Program-made: the position numbers and the translations under genes
The notes under the pieces: generated by a model
Told to the model about the DNA's origin: nothing
Database searches by the model: none
Seen by the model: the letters and a program-made list of their open reading frames with translations, nothing else
Part shown: positions 55,756 through 64,000 of the stretch, piece after piece
How positions within the stretch are numbered: the first letter of the stretch is position 1
Layout: each line of letters starts with the position of its first letter
Sequence record: MT939240.1
Length of the DNA: 64,000 nucleotides
Source: Enterococcus phage 9181
Direction: 5' to 3' (one strand)

Positions 55756-58700
55756 ATGATTACAATTAGAGGCATTAACGGAGACATCTTAACACACTTC
55801 GATAACAATGTCCCTGAGGGTAACCCGTACTTCGAACCAGTGATGACAGATGACATGGAGAGCTTGGTTTCAAGCTTCTCCTTCTCTGTTCCTCTGGAAT
55901 TAGCGGATACGGAGCACCTAGTAGGGCTTAACCAAGTTTTAGTCAAAGACCGCCAAGAAGACTTGAGACTGTTTGTTATTACAGATGTACACGAAGTATG
56001 GACAACTGTTGGGGGGACTTTGCAAGTAACTTGTGAAGATATCTCTATTAATGAAATGAACAACATTATTGTGAGTCCTTTTGAAAGTCTTAACTTCCAA
56101 GATACTCTTACTAAAACTTTTAAGAATTCTGGATGGGCTCTTAAATATGGAGCTAACTGGAAAGATGTTGACAACACCACTTTCAAAGTGGAAAACTATG
56201 ACAACATGAGAAGTGTTATTGCCTCTATTGTAGATACATATGGTTGCCAATTTAAATTTATGGCACAAGAGAATCAATTTGGGGAAATAACTCGTGTCGC
56301 TGAGGTTTACAAAAGCCGTGGTAACAACACTGGCAAGTACTTCTATTATGACCGTGACCTATTAGGTATTGAACGTGACATCAATCACGCTGATATAAAA
56401 ACAGCAATCCACCCCTACTACACAGGTTACAATGGTAAGACATACTCGCTTAAAGGGTTTGCTCCAGTTAACCCAGACCCAGACTTTAAGAAGGATAAAG
56501 ACTCTCCACTAATTATCAACCGTGAAGCTTCTAAGCTTTTTGATGATGGTAATTCCTACCGTATTATGCCTTACAAAACAGAGGTTGAAGGTGACCCTGA
56601 ACTAGTTTACCGTGAAGCTATTAAAGAACTTAAGAAGCATGCTGAACCTGTTTATACCTACTCTGTCAACGTACTGTTGCTACAGAACATGATTGGTTGG
56701 GAAGGCGAGGACATCGACCTCGGAGATACCGTTTGGATGAAGGAACGTGTTGGTAACCGAGAGCTTGGGCTAGAAGCTCGTGTAACGGCGTATGAATACC
56801 ATGAAGATGACCCTAGTAAAGATGTTGTGACTTTCAGTAACTTCAAAGAGATTGACACTACGGACGTGCCAGAGCTTGCTGAACGTATCTTCATAGCTTA
56901 TGCCAACTCTGAGGATGGCATTATTGACTTCTCAATTACTGACAGTGTGGGAAAAGCGTATATGGGTGTGTACACAGCTGCAGTAAGTACTCAATCCGCA
57001 GACCCTTCAACATACTCATGGACAAGAATTAAGGGGGAGGATGGTATCAGCGCTCCAACGCTTAACTTGACATCTTCTCAACAGGTTATGAAGTTCAAGT
57101 CTAATGGAACTCCAGACGGAAATCAAACAATTATCTTCACAGCTCTTAAACAAAACAGCACTGAAACTGTTACATGGGAAGCTATCCCTTATAAAGGAGA
57201 TACTGCACAACCTGCAATCACACTTGGCGGAACAGGTGATGTACGCTCTTTAACAAGTGCTGACTGGAATAATGAATGGACTCGTGTTAAAGTAACTGTT
57301 TCCATGGGATCATTGAAAGATATCCAAACGGTCGTAATGGTTTCAGATGGGGCTACTGGAGCTTCTGGTAAAGCCATTGTCGGATATGTGACAAATGAGT
57401 CAACAACTTTTGCTGCTTCATCTGACGGGACTGTAACAGACTATAGCAACGGTGATGGTAAGTTCGTATTATATGAAGGAACCAACGAAGTAACTTCTGG
57501 AGTTGCCTTTGCACGAGTTTCCCAAGTAGGTATTAACTTGCTTATCAATGATACCACAGGGGAATACAAAGTGTCAAACATGACAACAGACATGGCACAA
57601 GCTAGTGTTAGCGCCACTTACAAAGGCATCACTATCACTAAATTCCTAAGCTTCTCTAAATCTAAACAAGGTGCTAAGGGAGATAAAGGAGATACTGGTA
57701 ATGATGGTATTGCAGGTAAAGATGGAATTGGTCTTAAATCAACTACTGTAACCTATGCTGCTTCTGCAAGTGGTACAACTGCCCCTTCAACAGGTTGGCA
57801 AGAACAGGTTCCTACAGTTGCTCCCGACAACTTCCTTTGGACTCGCACAGTATGGACTTATACCGACGATACATCAGAGACTGGATACTCCGTCGCTAAG
57901 ATGGGTAGGGATGGTGCTAAAGGTAACGATGGTATAGCTGGTAAAGATGGAGTAGGGATTGCTGACACGCTGATTGAATATGCGGTTAGCACAAGTGGTA
58001 CTACAAAACCTACTTCCGGTTGGTCTGCTACCATTCCAACTACTCCTCAGGGGCAATACTTGTGGACTAGAACTACTTGGACTTACACTGATGAAACAAC
58101 TGAACAAGGTTTCACCGTTGCTAGAATGGGTCAAGATGGTGCTAAAGGTAACGATGGTATAGCAGGTAAAGATGGTGTAGGTTTAAAATCAACAGCTATC
58201 ACTTATGCTGGATCAGCAAACGGTACTACACCTCCTACTACAGGGTGGAACACACAAGTACCCACCGTTCCGGCAGGTCAATACCTATGGACTAAAACTG
58301 TTTGGACTTATTCAGACGATTCAAACGAGACTGGTTACTCAGTAGCTAGAATGGGGCAAAACGGGAATGATGGTAAGGATGGTATTGCAGGTAAAGATGG
58401 CGTGGGCATTAAAGACACTATCATCGAGTATGCAGTTAGCACAAGTGGTATGACTAAGCCTACGTCAGGCTGGTCAACATCTATTCCAACGGTTCCACAA
58501 GGACAATATCTATGGACTAGAACTACTTGGGCGTATACTGACAATACTACTGAACAAGGTTTCACAGTGGCACGCCAAGGAGAAAAAGGAGATAAAGGAG
58601 ACCAAGGTATCGCTGGTCCAAAAGGTGCCGATGGTAAGACTCAATATACCCACATCGCCTATGCTGACGATGCCAATGGTGGACGCTTCTCCCAAGACCC

Positions 58701-61700
58701 TGCCAACAAGAACTATATTGGTATGTATGTAGACTTTGAAGAGCTAGACTCTAGCGATCCTAAGAAATACGCATGGAGCCTTATCAAAGGTGCTGACGGA
58801 GAACAAGGTGTTGCTGGTCCAAAAGGGGGAGACGGACGTACCCCATACTTCCACACGGCTTATATCAACAGCACTGACTTCGGGGGCTATGATTACTCAG
58901 GAAGACCTAACTTAGCGCCTAATGTAGGTTTTAATGATTTCTACAACAATGGCTCTCAAACTGGTTACACTGCTAAAGATGAAGTAGACCACATTGCGGT
59001 TACAAGAACTGCAGATGCGCCTCCGGCTGGAAAACTATTAAACCTCCACACATTGTTACCAAACAAAACTTATACTATCAGCGTTGATATATGGGCGGAT
59101 ATGGAAGTGCCATCTGGCGCGATATCTTGTAGTATTCGATTAAGAGAGGGAACAGAAGTAAGGACTGTTTGGGCGCTTATAAACAAACCTGTGGGTACCA
59201 ATAGAACGACCTATAGCGTTACGTTTACTACAGCTGCTAATTTTGTGACTACAGAAGAGTCTAGAATATCTTTGTGGTTTAATGATTCAGCTGGTGCATG
59301 TACAGGCTATTTAGGCTATAACATCAAAATCGAAGAAGGCTCAACAGCCACCCCATACCAGCCCAACTTACTGGATGCCCCATGGTACTTTAGTACAGTT
59401 CCGCTTGGGGAGAATATTGCTGACCCTACAAAAACATTTCCCATTAAGTCTAGCGGTTCAGTATTATATCAAGGTAATATGACAGAACCTTTTGTTGTAG
59501 GAGAAACTTATACAATTACCATAAAAGGAACAAAACCAGCAACTCAACTATTTAGAGTTTTTAACCCTGGCATTGCTGGGTATGGTAACTTGTCACCCGT
59601 GGAAGGTCTAACAGATGTGTGGTCATTAACTTTTACCGCAGATAAAGTAGCTTCTGACCCTAAAATACTTCAAATAATTCAAACGCCAAATGCAAGTGTT
59701 GGCGCATGCCAAATTGACTGGCTCAAGATTGAAAAGGGCGACACCAGAACGCCGAACATTGATTCCTACAAATACCTAGGAAACTATACTGACTTTGAGC
59801 AATCAGACTCTCTGAACCCAACTAAGTACTCTTGGAGCCTTATCAAAGGTGCCGATGGGGAAACTTCTCACGTGCATACAGCTTACGCTTGGTCTGCTGA
59901 TGGTACTGACAAGTTTACTAAAGTTTACCCTAACGAAAACTTGTTCGTCAATTCTAGGGCAGAACGTACAGGTAGTCGAGAGTTTGTTAACAGCCCTTAT
60001 TGGGATATGGCTCCGATTATTGATAAGTATGGAGTAGATAGGGAATACTCGGTATCGTTTGATTTGAAGTCAAAAGTGGCTGGTGGAATTAACGTTTACT
60101 CTCAAAACGGTTCAGGTACTAGATATGATATAGGATCAAAAACTATTCAAGCTACTACTGAGTATAAAAGGTATTCACACACATTCAAACCGAAAGCCTC
60201 AAATATGGAAATGAACCAAGCTATGTTAGCTTTTTATGGTACTTATGATACTGGGCGGATACCCTTTGTTAAAAATGTTAAATTCGAGTTGGGTAACGAA
60301 GTAACTATTGACACCCCATCCCCAAAAGAAGACTATAAGAATGCTTATCCGACATACACTGGAACATACTCTGACTTCAATGTGGAAGGTAGTGACAACC
60401 CTAAAGACTATACTTGGGCACGTTCTATGGGAAATGAAGGACAAGATGGGGCGCCTGCAAAAGCCTTGACACTCCAAGCTGACTCGCCTGTCATGAAGTT
60501 TGATGCCAACGATGTGGTAGTGGCTGGTCAAGTCATTACATTCACGGCGGTTAAACAGAACTTTGAAAGTAGCGTTGCATGGGTTGCTACACCTTACAAA
60601 GGAAACACAGCACAGCCTGCCATCGCCCTTAAAGGGACTGGGGACGTGCGTACGTTAGAAGCTTCCATGTGGGCTTCTGGGGTAACTACAGTCAGAGTTG
60701 ACGTCTCTGCTGACACTTTCAGAGACTCTGTTACTATCACTAAGGTAAAAGATGGTGCAAAAGGAGATAAAGGGTCAGATGGTATCGCTGGTAAGGACGG
60801 CGTGGGTATTCGCACTACAGCTATAACTTACGCAGGGTCAGCCTCTGGTACAACTCCTCCAACAACAGGTTGGCAAACGCAAGTTCCGACGGTTCCAGCA
60901 GGTCAATTCCTGTGGACTAAAACGGTGTGGACATACACTGATAACTCCACTGAAACAGGATACTCAGCAGCTATGATGGGTAAAGATGGTGCCAAAGGTA
61001 ATGACGGTATAGCAGGTAAAGATGGAGTAGGAATTAAAACCACCCTTATTGAATATGCTGCTAATGCTAGTGGTACAGTTAGACCTACCAGTGGCTGGTC
61101 TACAACCATCCCTAACACTCCTGCTGGTCAATATCTGTGGACTAGAACAACTTGGACTTACACAGATAACACTACGGAACAAGGCTATACAGTAGCTAGA
61201 CAAGGAGCGAATGGTACTAACGGAACAAATGGTACAAACGGTATTGATGCCTACAGTGCAATTTTATCTAATGAGGCTAACACGTTCGCTGCCAACCCTG
61301 CAGGTGCGGTAACGGATTGGAGCACTGGTAATGGTACATTCATGGTGTACAAAGGTACTACACGTCTTACATCCGGAGTTGCTTACACCGTTGCATCTTC
61401 TGTGGATGCTACTGGTACTATTAATGCAACTACTGGTGATTACACTGTTACAGCACTTGCTAAGGATAATGGTTCACTAACATTCAAGGCTACCATCGGA
61501 TCGACTGTATTAACCAAAACAATGACCTTAAGCAAGGCTCGGCAAGGTGTTCAAGGGGTTCAAGGTACTATGGGGATTGCTTTCTATAGCCCTACTGAAC
61601 CTACTGGAGATAACGTTAAAGAAGGTTCTACATGGTTCAAAACGGTATCTACAGCAGACAATACTATAGCTGGTATCTACACCTACAAAGGTGGTAAGTG

Positions 61701-62706
61701 GATTAAAACGGAAGTTGCATCAGGTGCTTTGTCTGTTGAGAAATTGTCTGCTCTATCTGCTAACTTGGGGGATGTAACCGCAGGTAATATCACAGGTGTA
61801 AACATCACTGGAGCATCCTTTATCAACCCGTTCGACTTTACTGATGTGTCTATGAACCACTTAAAGGGTACTACTGAAATAGCTGATTCTGAAATTGGTA
61901 TTGAAGGTGTTGTTAATGAAGGTACTACCGGTGCTCGTAAGTTTGTTAACTCTATTACACCATCTTATTTCCAATCAGTTCACAAGGATGCTAATGGCAG
62001 CATATTAAGAAGTGTGAATACGAGTTCATCTGGAATCATTCTTAACGACTCTAACGTAACTACGTCTTTTGACAAGGATGGTCTAAGAGTTGTCGACATG
62101 CCAAGAAATGCCTCTTCATGGAGTATGTCTACAAGGATTGGGCTAAGTAGGGGTAGTGACGGTTCTACTATGGAAATCCTTCCTAGCGGACCTGTGTTGA
62201 ACAACCGTAAGAACATACAAATATGGACTGGTACTGGAGACCAAGTAGGCGAAATAGGTGACAGGGGGGCGGCTAATAATGCTCGGTTGAGGTTTGGTAA
62301 GTATTACAATGTTGGATGGGGTATGGTTCCTGAGGATATTCCATTCAAACAGGTTTATCCTTACTTGTGGCAAGTCACTAGAGATATCAGGTTTGCTGTA
62401 CTTATACAAGTTAAGATTCAAGACTCTACTGCTCCGTGGGTGTACTACGATTTACATTACGGACCAACCACTTCTACAGATACTGAACCAAGAGGAACTA
62501 TACCAGTGGCTCAAATGGGACCAACCGTGGATTCTGGGACAGTTCGTATAAGTTTGAAAAACTCTGTGGAGTGTATGGGATATGTAGGATTGAAAGCTAA
62601 CGAATATTTCTCTCTTAATGTCAAGTGTTCTAATGATAAACGAGCTGGTGCGCAGCAAATAATGTCTGCTTGGTTTACTGAAATATGGGAAGAAGGTGCT
62701 TTTTAA
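55756..62706 (+). CDS. tail-associated protein / tail fibre (Tal-like N-terminus, collagen-like and 75-aa repeats, C-terminal receptor-binding region)
   Basis: 2316 aa; the N-terminus resembles the siphophage tail endopeptidase family fold; contains G-X-Y runs. Confidence 0.65.
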   Translation: MITIRGINGDILTHFDNNVPEGNPYFEPVMTDDMESLVSSFSFSVPLELADTEHLVGLNQVLVKDRQEDLRLFVITDVHEVWTTVGGTLQVTCEDISINEMNNIIVSPFESLNFQDTLTKTFKNSGWALKYGANWKDVDNTTFKVENYDNMRSVIASIVDTYGCQFKFMAQENQFGEITRVAEVYKSRGNNTGKYFYYDRDLLGIERDINHADIKTAIHPYYTGYNGKTYSLKGFAPVNPDPDFKKDKDSPLIINREASKLFDDGNSYRIMPYKTEVEGDPELVYREAIKELKKHAEPVYTYSVNVLLLQNMIGWEGEDIDLGDTVWMKERVGNRELGLEARVTAYEYHEDDPSKDVVTFSNFKEIDTTDVPELAERIFIAYANSEDGIIDFSITDSVGKAYMGVYTAAVSTQSADPSTYSWTRIKGEDGISAPTLNLTSSQQVMKFKSNGTPDGNQTIIFTALKQNSTETVTWEAIPYKGDTAQPAITLGGTGDVRSLTSADWNNEWTRVKVTVSMGSLKDIQTVVMVSDGATGASGKAIVGYVTNESTTFAASSDGTVTDYSNGDGKFVLYEGTNEVTSGVAFARVSQVGINLLINDTTGEYKVSNMTTDMAQASVSATYKGITITKFLSFSKSKQGAKGDKGDTGNDGIAGKDGIGLKSTTVTYAASASGTTAPSTGWQEQVPTVAPDNFLWTRTVWTYTDDTSETGYSVAKMGRDGAKGNDGIAGKDGVGIADTLIEYAVSTSGTTKPTSGWSATIPTTPQGQYLWTRTTWTYTDETTEQGFTVARMGQDGAKGNDGIAGKDGVGLKSTAITYAGSANGTTPPTTGWNTQVPTVPAGQYLWTKTVWTYSDDSNETGYSVARMGQNGNDGKDGIAGKDGVGIKDTIIEYAVSTSGMTKPTSGWSTSIPTVPQGQYLWTRTTWAYTDNTTEQGFTVARQGEKGDKGDQGIAGPKGADGKTQYTHIAYADDANGGRFSQDPANKNYIGMYVDFEELDSSDPKKYAWSLIKGADGEQGVAGPKGGDGRTPYFHTAYINSTDFGGYDYSGRPNLAPNVGFNDFYNNGSQTGYTAKDEVDHIAVTRTADAPPAGKLLNLHTLLPNKTYTISVDIWADMEVPSGAISCSIRLREGTEVRTVWALINKPVGTNRTTYSVTFTTAANFVTTEESRISLWFNDSAGACTGYLGYNIKIEEGSTATPYQPNLLDAPWYFSTVPLGENIADPTKTFPIKSSGSVLYQGNMTEPFVVGETYTITIKGTKPATQLFRVFNPGIAGYGNLSPVEGLTDVWSLTFTADKVASDPKILQIIQTPNASVGACQIDWLKIEKGDTRTPNIDSYKYLGNYTDFEQSDSLNPTKYSWSLIKGADGETSHVHTAYAWSADGTDKFTKVYPNENLFVNSRAERTGSREFVNSPYWDMAPIIDKYGVDREYSVSFDLKSKVAGGINVYSQNGSGTRYDIGSKTIQATTEYKRYSHTFKPKASNMEMNQAMLAFYGTYDTGRIPFVKNVKFELGNEVTIDTPSPKEDYKNAYPTYTGTYSDFNVEGSDNPKDYTWARSMGNEGQDGAPAKALTLQADSPVMKFDANDVVVAGQVITFTAVKQNFESSVAWVATPYKGNTAQPAIALKGTGDVRTLEASMWASGVTTVRVDVSADTFRDSVTITKVKDGAKGDKGSDGIAGKDGVGIRTTAITYAGSASGTTPPTTGWQTQVPTVPAGQFLWTKTVWTYTDNSTETGYSAAMMGKDGAKGNDGIAGKDGVGIKTTLIEYAANASGTVRPTSGWSTTIPNTPAGQYLWTRTTWTYTDNTTEQGYTVARQGANGTNGTNGTNGIDAYSAILSNEANTFAANPAGAVTDWSTGNGTFMVYKGTTRLTSGVAYTVASSVDATGTINATTGDYTVTALAKDNGSLTFKATIGSTVLTKTMTLSKARQGVQGVQGTMGIAFYSPTEPTGDNVKEGSTWFKTVSTADNTIAGIYTYKGGKWIKTEVASGALSVEKLSALSANLGDVTAGNITGVNITGASFINPFDFTDVSMNHLKGTTEIADSEIGIEGVVNEGTTGARKFVNSITPSYFQSVHKDANGSILRSVNTSSSGIILNDSNVTTSFDKDGLRVVDMPRNASSWSMSTRIGLSRGSDGSTMEILPSGPVLNNRKNIQIWTGTGDQVGEIGDRGAANNARLRFGKYYNVGWGMVPEDIPFKQVYPYLWQVTRDIRFAVLIQVKIQDSTAPWVYYDLHYGPTTSTDTEPRGTIPVAQMGPTVDSGTVRISLKNSVECMGYVGLKANEYFSLNVKCSNDKRAGAQQIMSAWFTEIWEEGAF
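57671..58640 (+). repeat. in-frame tandem repeat block 1 within Tal: about four 225-bp units (collagen-like GAKGNDGIAGKDGVG plus 60-aa Thr/Trp-rich module)
   Basis: Unit starts at 57671, 57914, 58139 and about 58355. Confidence 0.85.
60757..61250 (+). repeat. in-frame tandem repeat block 2 within Tal: two 225-bp units plus a G-X-N triplet run
   Basis: Unit starts at 60757 and 60982; GANGTNGTNGTNG at about 61204. Confidence 0.85.
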
Positions 62707-63248
62707 TGAGAAAGTTTAGTGATGGAGAAGTTGAAATAATTGCGCTTGAGTGGTTGCTAAAAACATATAGGGAAAGAGGTGTGCCAGAGGATATATTAGT
62801 AGGCAACTTGGAGGAGGTCTCAAACCTCTTCCTTGCTGATCCTGAACCAGTAGTTCCTAATGCTAGTGAGAGGCTTGGATTAATTGAAGATATGATACTG
62901 GCAGAGGGAACGGCGATGCAAAAGGACGTTTTAAAACAGATGCAAGAGCTGAATGCAAAGACTAAGGAAATGGAGGCTCTCCACAATGAGTGGAAGAGTA
63001 CTATTGATGAACAACTATCCTTACAAAATGAATATCAAAATCTTGCTAACGTTATAGTCAGAGGTGTTGTCAGAAACATTGTGGAAGGGAACATAGCCGT
63101 GTGGGTAGAAGACGTTGGCTACAATGACCAGAACGGTTTTTTCACAGTGAGAGAGGCGAACTTAAATGATATTGACGCCGAGGAGTTCTGGTGTGGGTAT
63201 ATCCAATCTCTGATTGCAGACGTTGAAACAGGTATTTCCCACCAATAG
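62685..63248 (+). CDS. hypothetical protein (tail accessory or lysis-associated)
   Basis: Overlaps the Tal stop by 22 nt; 187 aa. Confidence 0.4.
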   Translation: MGRRCFLMRKFSDGEVEIIALEWLLKTYRERGVPEDILVGNLEEVSNLFLADPEPVVPNASERLGLIEDMILAEGTAMQKDVLKQMQELNAKTKEMEALHNEWKSTIDEQLSLQNEYQNLANVIVRGVVRNIVEGNIAVWVEDVGYNDQNGFFTVREANLNDIDAEEFWCGYIQSLIADVETGISHQ

Positions 63249-63367
63249 ACAGGACATTTCGAAAGTCTATCGGAGGTTCTAGTTAGAGCGGCTAGGAAGG
63301 AGGCGAGGATGGGTAGCAGCATCTTCTCCTCAATTCATAGCAAAGGAAGTGGACGACTTTACAACTT

Positions 63368-63700
63368 ATGGAAGAAGAACGACCAAAAGATGTTGAAGGA
63401 GCCTACACAATGAACGAAAAAAGTGGATACTCTGATGAGGTGTTCATTGAGCTTCGTATCCAGTTGGCAAGAATCGAGGCGAAGCTTGATGACATCCCTG
63501 AGATTAAAGAGTCTCTCAAGGAAACGGCTCTCAAGTTAGAGAGGCAGTCTGAGAAGACCGATAAATCCTACTCTATGAGTTTAGGAAACAGGGAACAAAT
63601 AAAGGAACTAAAGTCCAAACAAGAATGGCTCAGTAGGGCGGTTATTGGCGCAGTCATAACTTCTATCGGAACCGTTCTGATAAGATTATTTATGGGATAA
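63368..63700 (+). CDS. XhlA-like protein (coiled coil plus C-terminal TM helix)
   Basis: IELRIQLARIEAKLDD coiled coil and a C-terminal AVIGAVITSIGTVLIRLF TM helix, immediately upstream of the holin. Confidence 0.45.
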   Translation: MEEERPKDVEGAYTMNEKSGYSDEVFIELRIQLARIEAKLDDIPEIKESLKETALKLERQSEKTDKSYSMSLGNREQIKELKSKQEWLSRAVIGAVITSIGTVLIRLFMG

Positions 63701-63713
63701 GGAGGTTGATGTT

Positions 63714-63989
63714 GTGAACATTAACTGGAAAGTAAGAATGAAAAGCAAGGCATTTTGGATCTCTGCTATACCGGCGTTTCTACTATTGATTCAAGTAATT
63801 GCCGTGCCTTTTGGATATGACTTTGAGATTGATAAGATTAATGGACAATTATTAGACATTGTCAATGCGGCTTTCGGTTTCTTAACAATCCTTGGTATTG
63901 TTGTTGACCCAACTACACATGGGGTTACTGACAGTGACAAGGTAATGACGTATGAAGAACCTAGAAAGGATGAAACAAATGGGTTATAA
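63714..63989 (+). CDS. holin (phi-LC3 family-like)
   Basis: MNINWKVRMKSKAFWISAIPAFLLLIQVIAV... matches the signature N-terminus and two-TM topology of that family. Confidence 0.6.
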   Translation: MNINWKVRMKSKAFWISAIPAFLLLIQVIAVPFGYDFEIDKINGQLLDIVNAAFGFLTILGIVVDPTTHGVTDSDKVMTYEEPRKDETNGL

Positions 63990-64000
63990 TGTAATTAGAA

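Noticed and set aside
48878-62658. Numerous antisense and alternative-frame ORFs inside the tape measure, Dit and Tal genes (for example 49967..50380, 51147..51680, 58335..58565, 60903..61118)
   Set aside because: They lie entirely within long, well-supported sense-strand genes. They have Ser/Pro/Ala-rich low-complexity translations typical of antisense reading of Ala/Gly/Thr-rich repeats, and no RBS.
55756-62706. Diversity-generating retroelement targeting the fibre C-terminus
   Set aside because: No reverse transcriptase gene and no template repeat matching the C-terminal region anywhere in the window. The internal repeats are in-frame tandem duplications, not a TR/VR pair.

Overview
The window reads as most of the genome of a tailed dsDNA phage of a low-GC Gram-positive host, most likely a siphovirus of Lactobacillales. 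The evidence is AGGAGG ribosome-binding sites, host sigma-A-type TTGACA/TATAAT promoters, a phi-LC3-type holin, an XhlA-like protein and a collagen-like tail fibre. No integrase or CI-type repressor is visible, so it is probably virulent.

There are three transcription blocks.

(1) 1-25.3 kb, + strand: early, replication and nucleotide-metabolism genes.
- Rnl2-like RNA ligase, DnaC-like loader, DnaB-like helicase, family-A DNA polymerase with 3'-5' exonuclease, YqaJ-like exonuclease, RuvC resolvase, a sigma-70 region-4-like regulator and four free-standing HNH endonucleases.
- A nucleoside-salvage cluster: NrdH-like glutaredoxin, dNMP kinase, deoxynucleoside kinase and a PnuC-like transporter.
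- A noncoding island at 20.7-22.1 kb carrying two families of direct repeats.
- A cassette of small genes at 22.1-25.3 kb whose 5' leaders are repeated.

(2) 38.45 to 26.5 kb, - strand: about 30 small early or accessory genes.
- An N-terminal DUF4258-like protein, a dUTPase with a C-terminal extension, an XRE helix-turn-helix regulator, an HNH endonuclease, a paralogous PVVP-EENKD family, a zinc ribbon and tiny membrane peptides.
- A conserved family of sigma-A-type promoters drives this block.

(3) 38.6-64 kb, + strand: morphogenesis and lysis genes.
- TerS, TerL, portal, Mu-F-like head protein, scaffold, major capsid protein, Ig-like decoration proteins, connector and tail proteins, and a G/GT tail chaperone pair with a probable programmed frameshift.
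- A 1041-aa tape measure, a 1256-aa Dit-like protein, a 2316-aa Tal/fibre with collagen G-X-Y and 75-aa tandem repeats, an XhlA-like protein and a holin.

Blocks 1 and 2 converge on a 1.25-kb noncoding island (25.3-26.55 kb) of strikingly strand-asymmetric GT-rich/CA-rich composition. This island is the most unusual sequence in the window. No CRISPR array, tRNA or rRNA genes were found.
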